Origin: an uncultured virus (IMG/VR IMGVR_UViG_3300028571_000887)
Taxonomy: Duplodnaviria; Heunggongvirae; Uroviricota; Caudoviricetes
DNA: 64,000 bases
Virus record (IMG/VR): IMGVR_UViG_3300028571_000887
Reading direction: 5' to 3' (one strand)
This document shows positions 1 to 8,261 of this stretch, piece after piece; the stretch's first letter is position 1; every line of letters begins with the position of its first letter. Position numbers and translations under genes: made by a program. The notes beneath the pieces were generated by a model. It was given only the letters and a program-made list of their open reading frames with translations. It was not told where the DNA came from and made no database searches.

Positions 1-1
1 C

Positions 2-928
2 GACACCATCTACACCTTCACACAAGACGGCGCAACAGTCCTAGTTTTAACTGTCCCGGTTGAGGCGACGGTCAGCACACTTGGGCGTGGCTTGTTTGGT
101 GGCGGTTCCACCGGCGCCAATTCCAACGTCATTGACTTCGTGACGATTGCGACGACTGGTAACGCTACCGATTTCGGTGACCTGACGGTGGCACGGAGCA
201 ACATTGCTGGGTGTTCGTCCACGACCCGTGGCTTGTTTGGTGGCGGTTACGCCGATTTTAACGTCATTGACTTCGTGACGATTGCGACGACTGGTAACGC
301 TACCGATTTTGGTGACTTGACGGTGGCACGGAGCTACCTTGCTGGGTGTTCGTCCACGACCCGTGGCTTGTTTGGTGGCGGTTACGCCGTTTCTAACGTC
401 ATTGACTTCGTGACGATTGCGACGACTGGTAACGCTACCGATTTTGGTGACTTGACGGTGGCACGGGCCGCCCTTGCTGGGTGTTCGTCCACGACCCGTG
501 GCTTGTTTGGTGGCGGTAACGCCAATTCCAACGTTATCGACTTCGTGACGATTGCGACGACGGGTAACGCTACCGATTTCGGCGATCTGACGGTGGCACG
601 ACAATCCCTTGCTGGGTGTTCGTCCACGACCCGTGGCTTGTTTGGTGGCGGTAACACCGGCGCCTATTCCAACGTTATCGACTTCGTGACGATTGCGACT
701 ACTGGTAACGCCACCGATTTTGGTGATCTGACGGTGACACGGAGCGACATTGCTGGGTGTTCGTCCACGACCCGTGGCTTGTTTGGTGGCGGTTACACCG
801 GCGCCGTTTCCAACGTTATCGACTTCGTGACGATTGCTTCGGCTGGTAACGCTACCGATTTTGGCGATCTGACGGTGGCACGGAGCGGCCTTGCTGGGTT
901 GTCTAATTCGCACGGCGGTCTGATATGA
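2..928 (+). CDS. Tandem-repeat protein (six 45-47 aa Kelch-like/beta-propeller repeats), 5'-truncated by window edge; probable virion/receptor-binding protein
   Basis: Frame is open from nt 2 (DTIYTFTQDG...) to TGA at 926-928. Six copies of RGLFGGG-x-NVIDFVTIATTGNATDFGDLTVAR-x-LAGCSSTT. The GG motif and unit length fit propeller blades. Confidence 0.75.
   Translation, partial: DTIYTFTQDGATVLVLTVPVEATVSTLGRGLFGGGSTGANSNVIDFVTIATTGNATDFGDLTVARSNIAGCSSTTRGLFGGGYADFNVIDFVTIATTGNATDFGDLTVARSYLAGCSSTTRGLFGGGYAVSNVIDFVTIATTGNATDFGDLTVARAALAGCSSTTRGLFGGGNANSNVIDFVTIATTGNATDFGDLTVARQSLAGCSSTTRGLFGGGNTGAYSNVIDFVTIATTGNATDFGDLTVTRSDIAGCSSTTRGLFGGGYTGAVSNVIDFVTIASAGNATDFGDLTVARSGLAGLSNSHGGLI
86..913 (+). 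repeat. Six near-identical coding tandem repeats, 135-141 nt
   Basis: Units begin cgtggcttgtttggtggcggt at 86, 227, 362, 497, 632 and 773. Confidence 0.97.
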
Positions 929-1695
929 GCGACCTAGCCAACACCGACCAGTATCAGCAGATTACGGAGCGCATCACTTCGCACGCCGCTGTTGTTGCCC
1001 GCGATTCTGAAGTGTTCCAAAAGTCGTCGTCACAGTTTAAGACTGTCACCCTTGACGTTACTGATTTGACTGCGAGCGAAACGGCAAAACATTTGCTTGC
1101 CAGTATTGCGCGGACTCGCGGCGCGTTAGAAGAAGCGTCGATAGCGGTGCGCCGTAAGAAGTTAGATATTCGCCGGAAGGAACAGGAACTGTTGTCGGCG
1201 TCCGGGTTTGATGCTGACGGACTCATCATTGATATTGACGAGTTGAGTAGTGAACTGGGGAGGACTGAGCAGGCGGCGCGGGGAGCGATTCGTAAATTGT
1301 CTTTCTTGACTACCCAGTATGACCGCATGGTGGAGATCATTGGGCATCAGTCGGAGGAAGATTACGAACGGGGGCAGGCGCGGCATCATGTGATGACGGC
1401 GTTCCTTCAGGCGCTCACCGCTGCCCGTTCTCGCGGTGGTGTCATTGATGAGGGTAATCATATTTATTTGTTTCAGTTGGGTATTAACGGTGCGGTTGCT
1501 CAGGCGCATGTTTCGAGTTTGTTGGCGCAGGAGTTGGCGTTGGTTGCTGATGGTCAGGCGCCTTCGCATGGCATGGTGGTTGGTTGGTTGAATTCTATGG
1601 CTGATCAGTTTGCTGGGTGTTCGGTGGCGTTTGTTGAGGCGCGTGGTTTGTTGTCGTTGGATTCCGCTTCGTTGATAGAGATAGGTGTGTCGTGA
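925..1695 (+). CDS. Hypothetical coiled-coil protein (GC-rich island)
   Basis: 256-aa ORF with ATGA overlap to the upstream stop; long helical/heptad stretch. Confidence 0.7.
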   Translation: MSDLANTDQYQQITERITSHAAVVARDSEVFQKSSSQFKTVTLDVTDLTASETAKHLLASIARTRGALEEASIAVRRKKLDIRRKEQELLSASGFDADGLIIDIDELSSELGRTEQAARGAIRKLSFLTTQYDRMVEIIGHQSEEDYERGQARHHVMTAFLQALTAARSRGGVIDEGNHIYLFQLGINGAVAQAHVSSLLAQELALVADGQAPSHGMVVGWLNSMADQFAGCSVAFVEARGLLSLDSASLIEIGVS

Positions 1696-1970
1696 AAATA
1701 ATTCTGTACACGTTGAACGTTAATGGCACCATTCCTGATTACGTTTCGGACGGCGGTTATTTTCCTACGGCGTCAGAATTGTCGTGGCCGCAAGACCTTG
1801 CGCTGCTCGGTATTGCTGACGATGCGGCGGTGCAGGATGCGATCCCTTCGGAGATCGCTTTGCATGATTATGTGGCGGGGATTAGCGCGGGCTGGGTTGA
1901 TGTTGAGGGTGAACCGTTTGATTCGGCTGCTGCGGCGTCGTGGTTGTGGGCAAGATTGTTAGTTTTGTGA
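1692..1970 (+). CDS. Hypothetical protein (GC-rich island)
   Basis: 92-aa ORF with GTGA overlap to the upstream gene. Confidence 0.65.
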   Translation: MKIILYTLNVNGTIPDYVSDGGYFPTASELSWPQDLALLGIADDAAVQDAIPSEIALHDYVAGISAGWVDVEGEPFDSAAAASWLWARLLVL

Positions 1971-2098
1971 CGAACGTGGCGGACCTTATCCCGTTCATCG
2001 TTATTGGCAGCGCGTTGCTCGCTGGCTTGCTCTGGTTGATTCGGGCGCAGGTATCTTTGCAGCGGGAGTTTAAGCCGAACGGCGGCGCGGGCGGGTGA
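1967..2098 (+). pseudogene. Probably truncated small membrane protein (holin-like, KPNGG motif)
   Basis: GTG overlaps the upstream TGA. MTNVADLIPFIVIGSALLAGLLWLIRAQVSLQREFKPNGGAGG*: one TM helix, then PNGG, which in actinophage small membrane proteins normally continues into a coiled coil. Confidence 0.45.
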
Positions 2099-2210
2099 GT
2101 GGATGCAGTGCAGTTACAACGGGAACTTCCGTGGCGTGTATCCCGGTATGGGGTTCACGTTCGATGGTACCGACTTCGTTGCGCCTGTTGCATTAGACAT
2201 TGAACCATAA
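2091..2210 (+). pseudogene. Orphan C-terminal fragment of a common small phage tail-region protein
   Basis: Reads AGEWMQCSYNGNFRGVYPGMGFTFDGTDFVAPVALDIEP*, resembling the WxQTSYNxxFRxxYAGIGYTYD family. In-frame TGA at 2037 and no start codon between it and this fragment, so the N-terminus is missing. Confidence 0.5.
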
Positions 2211-2267
2211 TAACAATATTGTTAATTGATTAAAACAATATGTCATTCATGATAAAATTAGAATGAT

Positions 2268-5200
2268 ATGATTACAAATTCTAATTTATATGCTGAAAGA
2301 ATTTTTTCTGAGCATCCCCTCGGTTTATGGCCCTTGGATGAAAACATAACATATTTGCAATTGTTTTCTGATTCCCGGCAAGATCTTGGAAATAGTTCAA
2401 ATTGGGTATTAACAAATTTAACAGAATCTTTACCTGTTTCTTATTCTAATACCCCGATTTCATCAAGTCATTCTTCTAGATTTACCCTTTCTTCTTCTGC
2501 CTCTTATTCTTCTACAATTACCAGCGATTTTACTTTAAATAGCACAGATGATTTTAATGACTCTAGATCTACCGCTTGTTTTTCCACCCATGTTTATCAA
2601 GGTTCTGTCTTTATTGAATCATTTGAAATTGGGGTAATTTATGATGGAGTAGAATATTATTCTCAGTATATATTTGAATCTGATGTTGGTTGGCATAAAA
2701 TATTTCATACTTTTGATCTACCATCAAATAAAAATTTAACATTCTTTATTAGAACAAACTATTCAGATGTTGGTTCGCTATCTGATTTTGTAACTCAATT
2801 TAACGGAGTCTCCCTAGGGCAATGGTCTGAACAATTTAATGCAATAACGGCTGGATTTAACGATCAAGCTTTTCCAGCTAGCCTTGAGCATTTGCTGACT
2901 TCTGGATCTGCCTATACTTCTGTCGTGCTTGATGCCTATGGAACTGATACGGATATGAATGGATATTATGTATTAAAAGATAATAAAATATATGCAGAGA
3001 ATTCTGGAATTCCCATGGTATTTGGTTCCAATCACACAACAAGAGTTATTGAAGCACCAGACAATAATCCATCAATAATCTTTCCAGGTAATGGATTTTT
3101 GAATCAATCTGGTCAATATAATAACTATACCATTGAGGCTTGGATAAGACTGGAAAACGTTTCTGCTGATCCCATAAAGATAATTGGACCCATTGAGTCT
3201 AACGATGGAGTATATGTAGAAGAAGGATTTATTAGCATAAAAATTGGATTCTATGTAAAATCTTATTTTGTTGGTAAGTGGTATAGGCCAATGCTTATTC
3301 ATTTTAAGTATTCGGAGACAGAGGCTGTTTTATTGATAAACGGTGAGCAAGTTATTACTATGCCCTTTGACTTAGACAATGTAACCTTTCCAGCAAAGAG
3401 TTCTTCTGCATCTTTGGATCAAGACTGGATCGGGGTATATGGAAACGATTTAATTTCTCCATTTGAAATTGATTGCATTTCTATAACACCATATTTGATT
3501 CCAATAGAAATGGCAAAAAGAAGGTTTGTATATGGTCAAGGGGTGCCAGAGGTAAATCGTTCAAACGAAACCTTTTTAACAAACTCAACATTGTTTGACT
3601 ATTCTTTTTCAAATTATGCAACAAATATTTTATACCCTGATGTAACTCCCTGGAGAAGTGGTTATTCAAATAACCTAGACACAACATCAACCTACATGAC
3701 AACTCCAGGCTATGCTTTGCCAGATGTTCAATTAAAAAGAAATTCAAGATTTCTTTCAACTCTTCAATGGTTTGAAGAAAACAAAACAGCAAATGATGAA
3801 AGTCCAGATCAATATACCTATTTCTTAATGAAACCATTATTTGAAAGGGAGCAATCAAAACTTTGGACAGAAATATATAATAGCGGAATTACTCATTGGC
3901 AGGATGTATCTGCTTCAACTTGGTATGGTTCTACTCACGAATTCTTTGTAAATGAAGACATTTTCTATTCAGATATTACAATATATTATGATAAATTAGA
4001 TATTCTTTCAGATAGACTTTCTTCAATTGCCGGGGTATTCAAGTCTCCTGTAGATGAAATTATTAATCAAACTTTATTCTTGTTTAAAAATAAAACAACT
4101 GGAGCAAAGATAGACGTATCTTTAAATATTAACTGGTTAAGTTATACGTATACATCCCCTGCTGGAGTAAGCACGGTATTGAAAATTGAAGAAATATATA
4201 GTAACGAATACTTTGTTGCTGGCATAAATTTAAATGATATGCAATCAAGTAAATATTCTATAATTGGAAACTTCTTTTCATCATTAGATGCTATTTCTCT
4301 TAACGTTGGTGGGTATTTTGAAAATTCTTTTGCCGGTAAAATATTTGCAATTCATTTTAATAACGGATTCTTTTTTCAAAAAGACTGGATTAATTTTTTT
4401 GAAAATGGATTCATTAAACAAATATTTGAAACTCAAAACGTTGCTGGAGAGCTTATTGAATACACCGCAAACTACTCATTACTTCCTATTGAACAAGACA
4501 ACATTGTAAGCCTAGATATTGGGGTTGCAGGATATTGGGAAGATATTCAACCACTTTCGTTCTTTGGAAAATATGTAACAAACAATAAGAACGAGTCATA
4601 TTATGATTTGGACATGTTGCAGTTTAATATTGATGCTCCAAAAAGAGCGGAGCTTGATGCGGCAATTACCGAATACCTAACCTATGGAGCCTTGGATCTG
4701 CTATATGCCACATACGCCGATCTATCAAACATTATTTTAACTGGGTATCAAAACTATACAGAACTTCAAAATGAAGGAGCAATTGAAGTTGCTCAAACAA
4801 GAATAGATACAAACGTTACTTCCTATATTTCATTTCAAAGATATGTTGATGTTGGGAATAAACCATATAGCGACTTTATAAATACAGAAGATATATCTTA
4901 CAATAACGTTGTTTCTTTTGATAGTTCAGCATACATAAACACAAAGTATGAAATTGTTGATAATACAATTATCTTCCCCCCAAAGATTCCAGACTTTAAA
5001 GATTATTATTTAGGGGTTCATCTTGAAATTAAAGTCAGGGGGATTAATCAAAAGAGTTTGTTGCTTAGAAGAATGGAGCTTGCTTCTTTAGCGTTTGACG
5101 ATTCATCTGCTTACGCAGTTGGAACTAAATATGCAAATCCGGTATATCCATTTGCAAGAACAAAATATCTGTTTGACTATAAACAAAAGAATCCATTTAC

Positions 5201-5999
5201 CATTTACAAAGACTCTTCTCCGTATTTATATCTAACAGAATACTCTGGAATATACACAAATGCATTTGATTCAGAATATACAAGAGGAGTTCTTGTTCCA
5301 TTAAACAAAAGCAAACAAGATGAATATTCGATTGGAGGCCTACAATTTTGGTCCAGGTACCCATTGAGTGTTTTCCCAAATACTGCATTTATAATTGCTA
5401 AAATAAAAACAGAAACAACAGATATAGATTTTTATTTGCAACCAACAGATGGTGGCAAAAGAGCATTTCTGAAAGGGTACGATTATTTGACGGGACAAGA
5501 AGTTACAAACTTATTGTTTTATCAAGACGGTATTGAAGTTGAAAATCCAATATTCTATCCTAGACAATGGTCTTCTGTCAATCTTGCTTTCTTAGATCCT
5601 ATAAATTGTAATAGTTTTACCGGAAAGCTAGAATTATATTCTGGTTTAGTATTTAATAACATCATTGAGTATAATTATACAGAACCCCTTCTTGACACAT
5701 CAAAAAGCGTTTACAAGAAATGGTTCCAGGTGTATACAGATGAAACAGCAAACAATGCAATAAACTCATGGCAGGATATTCTTATTCCATTTGGAGAAAT
5801 ATCTGAAACTTCTTGGAGACTGGCAACTGCTGCTTTAGTTGCAAATCAAAGAACAATAAATGGAGAAAACGAATATAATAATCAAGTTGGATTGTCAGTT
5901 TCCGTAACCGATGACCTTTCTGCATTAAGCGTTTATTCAAATGGATCAGACGTATTTACAGATGTAAAATGGAAAACTTTTGAATCTTCTCCGATATAA
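2268..5999 (+). CDS. Large virion-associated protein with LamG/concanavalin-A-like domains
   Basis: 1243 aa. N-terminal HPLGLWPLDE, YTIEAWIR and LLINGEQV are LamG-like motifs; beta-rich. Confidence 0.7.
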   Translation: MITNSNLYAERIFSEHPLGLWPLDENITYLQLFSDSRQDLGNSSNWVLTNLTESLPVSYSNTPISSSHSSRFTLSSSASYSSTITSDFTLNSTDDFNDSRSTACFSTHVYQGSVFIESFEIGVIYDGVEYYSQYIFESDVGWHKIFHTFDLPSNKNLTFFIRTNYSDVGSLSDFVTQFNGVSLGQWSEQFNAITAGFNDQAFPASLEHLLTSGSAYTSVVLDAYGTDTDMNGYYVLKDNKIYAENSGIPMVFGSNHTTRVIEAPDNNPSIIFPGNGFLNQSGQYNNYTIEAWIRLENVSADPIKIIGPIESNDGVYVEEGFISIKIGFYVKSYFVGKWYRPMLIHFKYSETEAVLLINGEQVITMPFDLDNVTFPAKSSSASLDQDWIGVYGNDLISPFEIDCISITPYLIPIEMAKRRFVYGQGVPEVNRSNETFLTNSTLFDYSFSNYATNILYPDVTPWRSGYSNNLDTTSTYMTTPGYALPDVQLKRNSRFLSTLQWFEENKTANDESPDQYTYFLMKPLFEREQSKLWTEIYNSGITHWQDVSASTWYGSTHEFFVNEDIFYSDITIYYDKLDILSDRLSSIAGVFKSPVDEIINQTLFLFKNKTTGAKIDVSLNINWLSYTYTSPAGVSTVLKIEEIYSNEYFVAGINLNDMQSSKYSIIGNFFSSLDAISLNVGGYFENSFAGKIFAIHFNNGFFFQKDWINFFENGFIKQIFETQNVAGELIEYTANYSLLPIEQDNIVSLDIGVAGYWEDIQPLSFFGKYVTNNKNESYYDLDMLQFNIDAPKRAELDAAITEYLTYGALDLLYATYADLSNIILTGYQNYTELQNEGAIEVAQTRIDTNVTSYISFQRYVDVGNKPYSDFINTEDISYNNVVSFDSSAYINTKYEIVDNTIIFPPKIPDFKDYYLGVHLEIKVRGINQKSLLLRRMELASLAFDDSSAYAVGTKYANPVYPFARTKYLFDYKQKNPFTIYKDSSPYLYLTEYSGIYTNAFDSEYTRGVLVPLNKSKQDEYSIGGLQFWSRYPLSVFPNTAFIIAKIKTETTDIDFYLQPTDGGKRAFLKGYDYLTGQEVTNLLFYQDGIEVENPIFYPRQWSSVNLAFLDPINCNSFTGKLELYSGLVFNNIIEYNYTEPLLDTSKSVYKKWFQVYTDETANNAINSWQDILIPFGEISETSWRLATAALVANQRTINGENEYNNQVGLSVSVTDDLSALSVYSNGSDVFTDVKWKTFESSPI

Positions 6000-6002
6000 A
6001 AT

Positions 6003-6031
6003 TTGACCATTCACCATTATTCCGGTACAAT
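6003..6031 (+). promoter_or_regulatory. Sigma70/SigA-like promoter
   Basis: TTGACC-N17-TACAAT upstream of the ATG at 6054. Confidence 0.55.
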
Positions 6032-6053
6032 ACAAAAAACGATTGGACTTTTT

Positions 6054-7151
6054 ATGGATAAAATGCCTACGGTATCTTTTCTTACCTATGACTGGGCCTT
6101 TGGTACAAAACCACTACAGCCAAACGGTTGTGCTTGGTACAGATGCTTTCTTCCCATGAAAGAATTAGAAAAAAATGGATGGGATTCTGGAATAGGATTT
6201 CCAGGTTTTAATGATGATCATGGATTTGGTTTATTAATTCCAGACAATAAGGCTATTCATGGTTGGGATGTTATTGTCCTTAAACTAATCATGCTAGAGT
6301 CAGTTGCATTAAAGGTTGAAGAAGCTCAGGCAATGGGACAAAAAATAGCCGTAGACATTGACGACTGGTTTGAAGGATTATCAGAATCAAACCTTGCTCA
6401 TAAAATGACTGATCCAAAAATGAATCCAAACAATAACAGAGATCATTACATGTTTATCATTGATAAAGCAGATGCAATTATTACATCAACCCCGTTTCTT
6501 TATGATTTTTATAAAGCAAAGGGGAAAGAAAATGTATTCTTAGTTCGTAATGGTATAGACATTGATAGGTGGAAACAAAGAAAAGATCATGCTGGATGGT
6601 TGCCAACTGTTGGATGGGTTGGTGCTACTCCATGGAGATCAAATGATCTAGAAAGTCTTTCATCATTTTTTAATGATTTTCTTGAATCCAATCATTTACA
6701 ATTTCATCATTCAGGTCATGTAAAAAATGCAAAATATGCAAAAAATCAATTAGGAATTTCTTCTTCTATAAAAACATCAGAAGAGCCAATGCAACCTATT
6801 AATGATTACCCAAAGATGTTTAGGAAATTAGATATTGGACTTGTGCCCTTAAGCAATGTAGAATTTAACTATGCAAAGTCAGGAATTAAAGGTTTGGAAT
6901 ATTCTGCAGCAGGAGTGCCCTTTATTGCCTCTTACAGCCCCGAGTACGCCATTTTAGAAGAGCAGGGTATAGGAAGAGTGGCTAGAAATGAAAGAGAGTG
7001 GATAGGGCACTTAGAAGAGCTTCTAGACCCAAAGATAAGAAAAGAAGATGTTGCCAGGAATCTTGAAGGAGTTAGAAAATATCAAAGCATGAATATTAGA
7101 GGGCCAGAGTGGTCAGAAGTAATGCATCAAATAAAAGATCTTTATAAATAG
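6054..7151 (+). CDS. Glycosyltransferase, GT-B fold (GT4-like)
   Basis: GCAWYRC, DIDDWF, NGID, VGWVGA, DIGLVPL..FNYAKSGIKGLEYSAAGVPFIAS. Start set to ATG 6054. Confidence 0.85.
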   Translation: MDKMPTVSFLTYDWAFGTKPLQPNGCAWYRCFLPMKELEKNGWDSGIGFPGFNDDHGFGLLIPDNKAIHGWDVIVLKLIMLESVALKVEEAQAMGQKIAVDIDDWFEGLSESNLAHKMTDPKMNPNNNRDHYMFIIDKADAIITSTPFLYDFYKAKGKENVFLVRNGIDIDRWKQRKDHAGWLPTVGWVGATPWRSNDLESLSSFFNDFLESNHLQFHHSGHVKNAKYAKNQLGISSSIKTSEEPMQPINDYPKMFRKLDIGLVPLSNVEFNYAKSGIKGLEYSAAGVPFIASYSPEYAILEEQGIGRVARNEREWIGHLEELLDPKIRKEDVARNLEGVRKYQSMNIRGPEWSEVMHQIKDLYK

Positions 7152-7153
7152 AA

Positions 7154-7207
7154 AATCCCCCCACTAGTGTCATTGCCACAAATTTTAGTTTGTGTAGTAG
7201 GGGGATT
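7154..7207. terminator. Hairpin between convergent genes (probable bidirectional terminator)
   Basis: aatccccccacta pairs with tagtagggggatt; inner stem cacaaa/tttgtg. Confidence 0.65.
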
Positions 7208-7221
7208 AACTATCGTTACGA

Positions 7222-7755
7222 TTAGCAGGGATACTTGTGATACCACTTAAGGTATGCTTTATAAGTTCCCGTAGATGTATATCTTCCTAGATGCTTTCCT
7301 TTTCCACTTATATCCCAAGGATAAAAAGTGTGGCCCTTCTGACTTACGTTATATGCAACCTTCGCATTATAACTTCTGGTAAGCAATTTTGATGTGTTCC
7401 ACCAATCTTGTTTACTCCATGCTGAACGGTTAAACTGAAACATGCCATAGTCTCCAGAAGAAGATATGGCATCGGCACGACCACCGGATTCTCTCATCAC
7501 AATAGACCATGCAACTTTCAGATTTTTACCCCTAAAACCAGTTTCTTTAAGAACTTTAACTAGCCAGTTCTTACAGGTTGGAGCATTGAATTTCTTTTCA
7601 ACTTGCTTATTAACGACAGGTTTCAAAGAAACCAATTCCGTCGCAATAGGTGCAGACTTAGCATACACCTGATCGGCTGTAGCTAGCTTTGAGTCACTAC
7701 CAAGAATCAATATTAACCCCACAAGCATACCTCCTAGCAGTTTTGTTTTCGTCAT
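7222..7755 (-). CDS. Secreted lytic transglycosylase (SLT/lysozyme-like fold)
   Basis: N-terminal signal/anchor (MTKTKLLGGMLVGLILILG); catalytic IVMRESGG; DYGMFQFN; YNAKVAY; PW. AGGAGG RBS before ATG 7755. Confidence 0.8.
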   Translation of the reverse strand: MTKTKLLGGMLVGLILILGSDSKLATADQVYAKSAPIATELVSLKPVVNKQVEKKFNAPTCKNWLVKVLKETGFRGKNLKVAWSIVMRESGGRADAISSSGDYGMFQFNRSAWSKQDWWNTSKLLTRSYNAKVAYNVSQKGHTFYPWDISGKGKHLGRYTSTGTYKAYLKWYHKYPC

Positions 7756-7954
7756 GTTTCCTCCTATGTGCAGCGGCAACAACCTTTTAAGTTTAACAGA
7801 AGATTAACAGGGTTGTCAATTTAAAAGGGGACAAAAAGGATTTGTGTGATTTATATTACACTTATGGTCTTTGATTATTATTATATATAAAAGATAGTTT
7901 TTAAGGTTAAGAGCTATTCTTTTCTTATTTAAAAACCAAGTATAACGAACAGTA

Positions 7955-8191
7955 TCATGCTTTCAAAGCTTTGTCAACTGCATCTTTTATTAATTTTATA
8001 GTTTCTATTCCTGGGTAGATTTTTGTACTAGAAACAATATCATAAAAATAAACTGTTGAGTTTTCATCTAACTTTGGTACCACAAGTTTACTATTTTCAC
8101 TCTGGTCTAAACCTCTAAAATAAAGTTCTTTTTCTTTACCTTCTTTTACTAAGTTATTGTAGGTGTGAGCCTCCTGGATAGTTAATTCCAT
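7955..8191 (-). CDS. Hypothetical protein
   Basis: 78-aa ORF with a GAGG RBS, divergent from nrdJ. Confidence 0.6.
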   Translation of the reverse strand: MELTIQEAHTYNNLVKEGKEKELYFRGLDQSENSKLVVPKLDENSTVYFYDIVSSTKIYPGIETIKLIKDAVDKALKA

Positions 8192-8261
8192 TTTGTAGTT
8201 TAACCTCTTTCTGGTAGAATATAAATTCTACACCACAACTACATTAAGGAAGTGTTTTTCA

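Noticed and set aside
47..913. 288-aa minus-strand ORF and other short ORFs over the repeat
   Set aside because: Antisense shadows of the GC-rich coding repeat; the plus frame gives the coherent repeat protein coupled to the next gene.
86..913. Repeat array as a CRISPR array
   Set aside because: Units are 135-141 nt, in frame and coding, with no unique spacers.
7906..7917. gttaagagctat resembles the start of a type II CRISPR repeat
   Set aside because: Single short partial match, not repeated; chance in an AT-rich intergenic region.
7820..7954. AT-rich intergenic stretch as replication origin
   Set aside because: No iterons or DnaA-box cluster seen; cannot be supported without genome-wide skew data.
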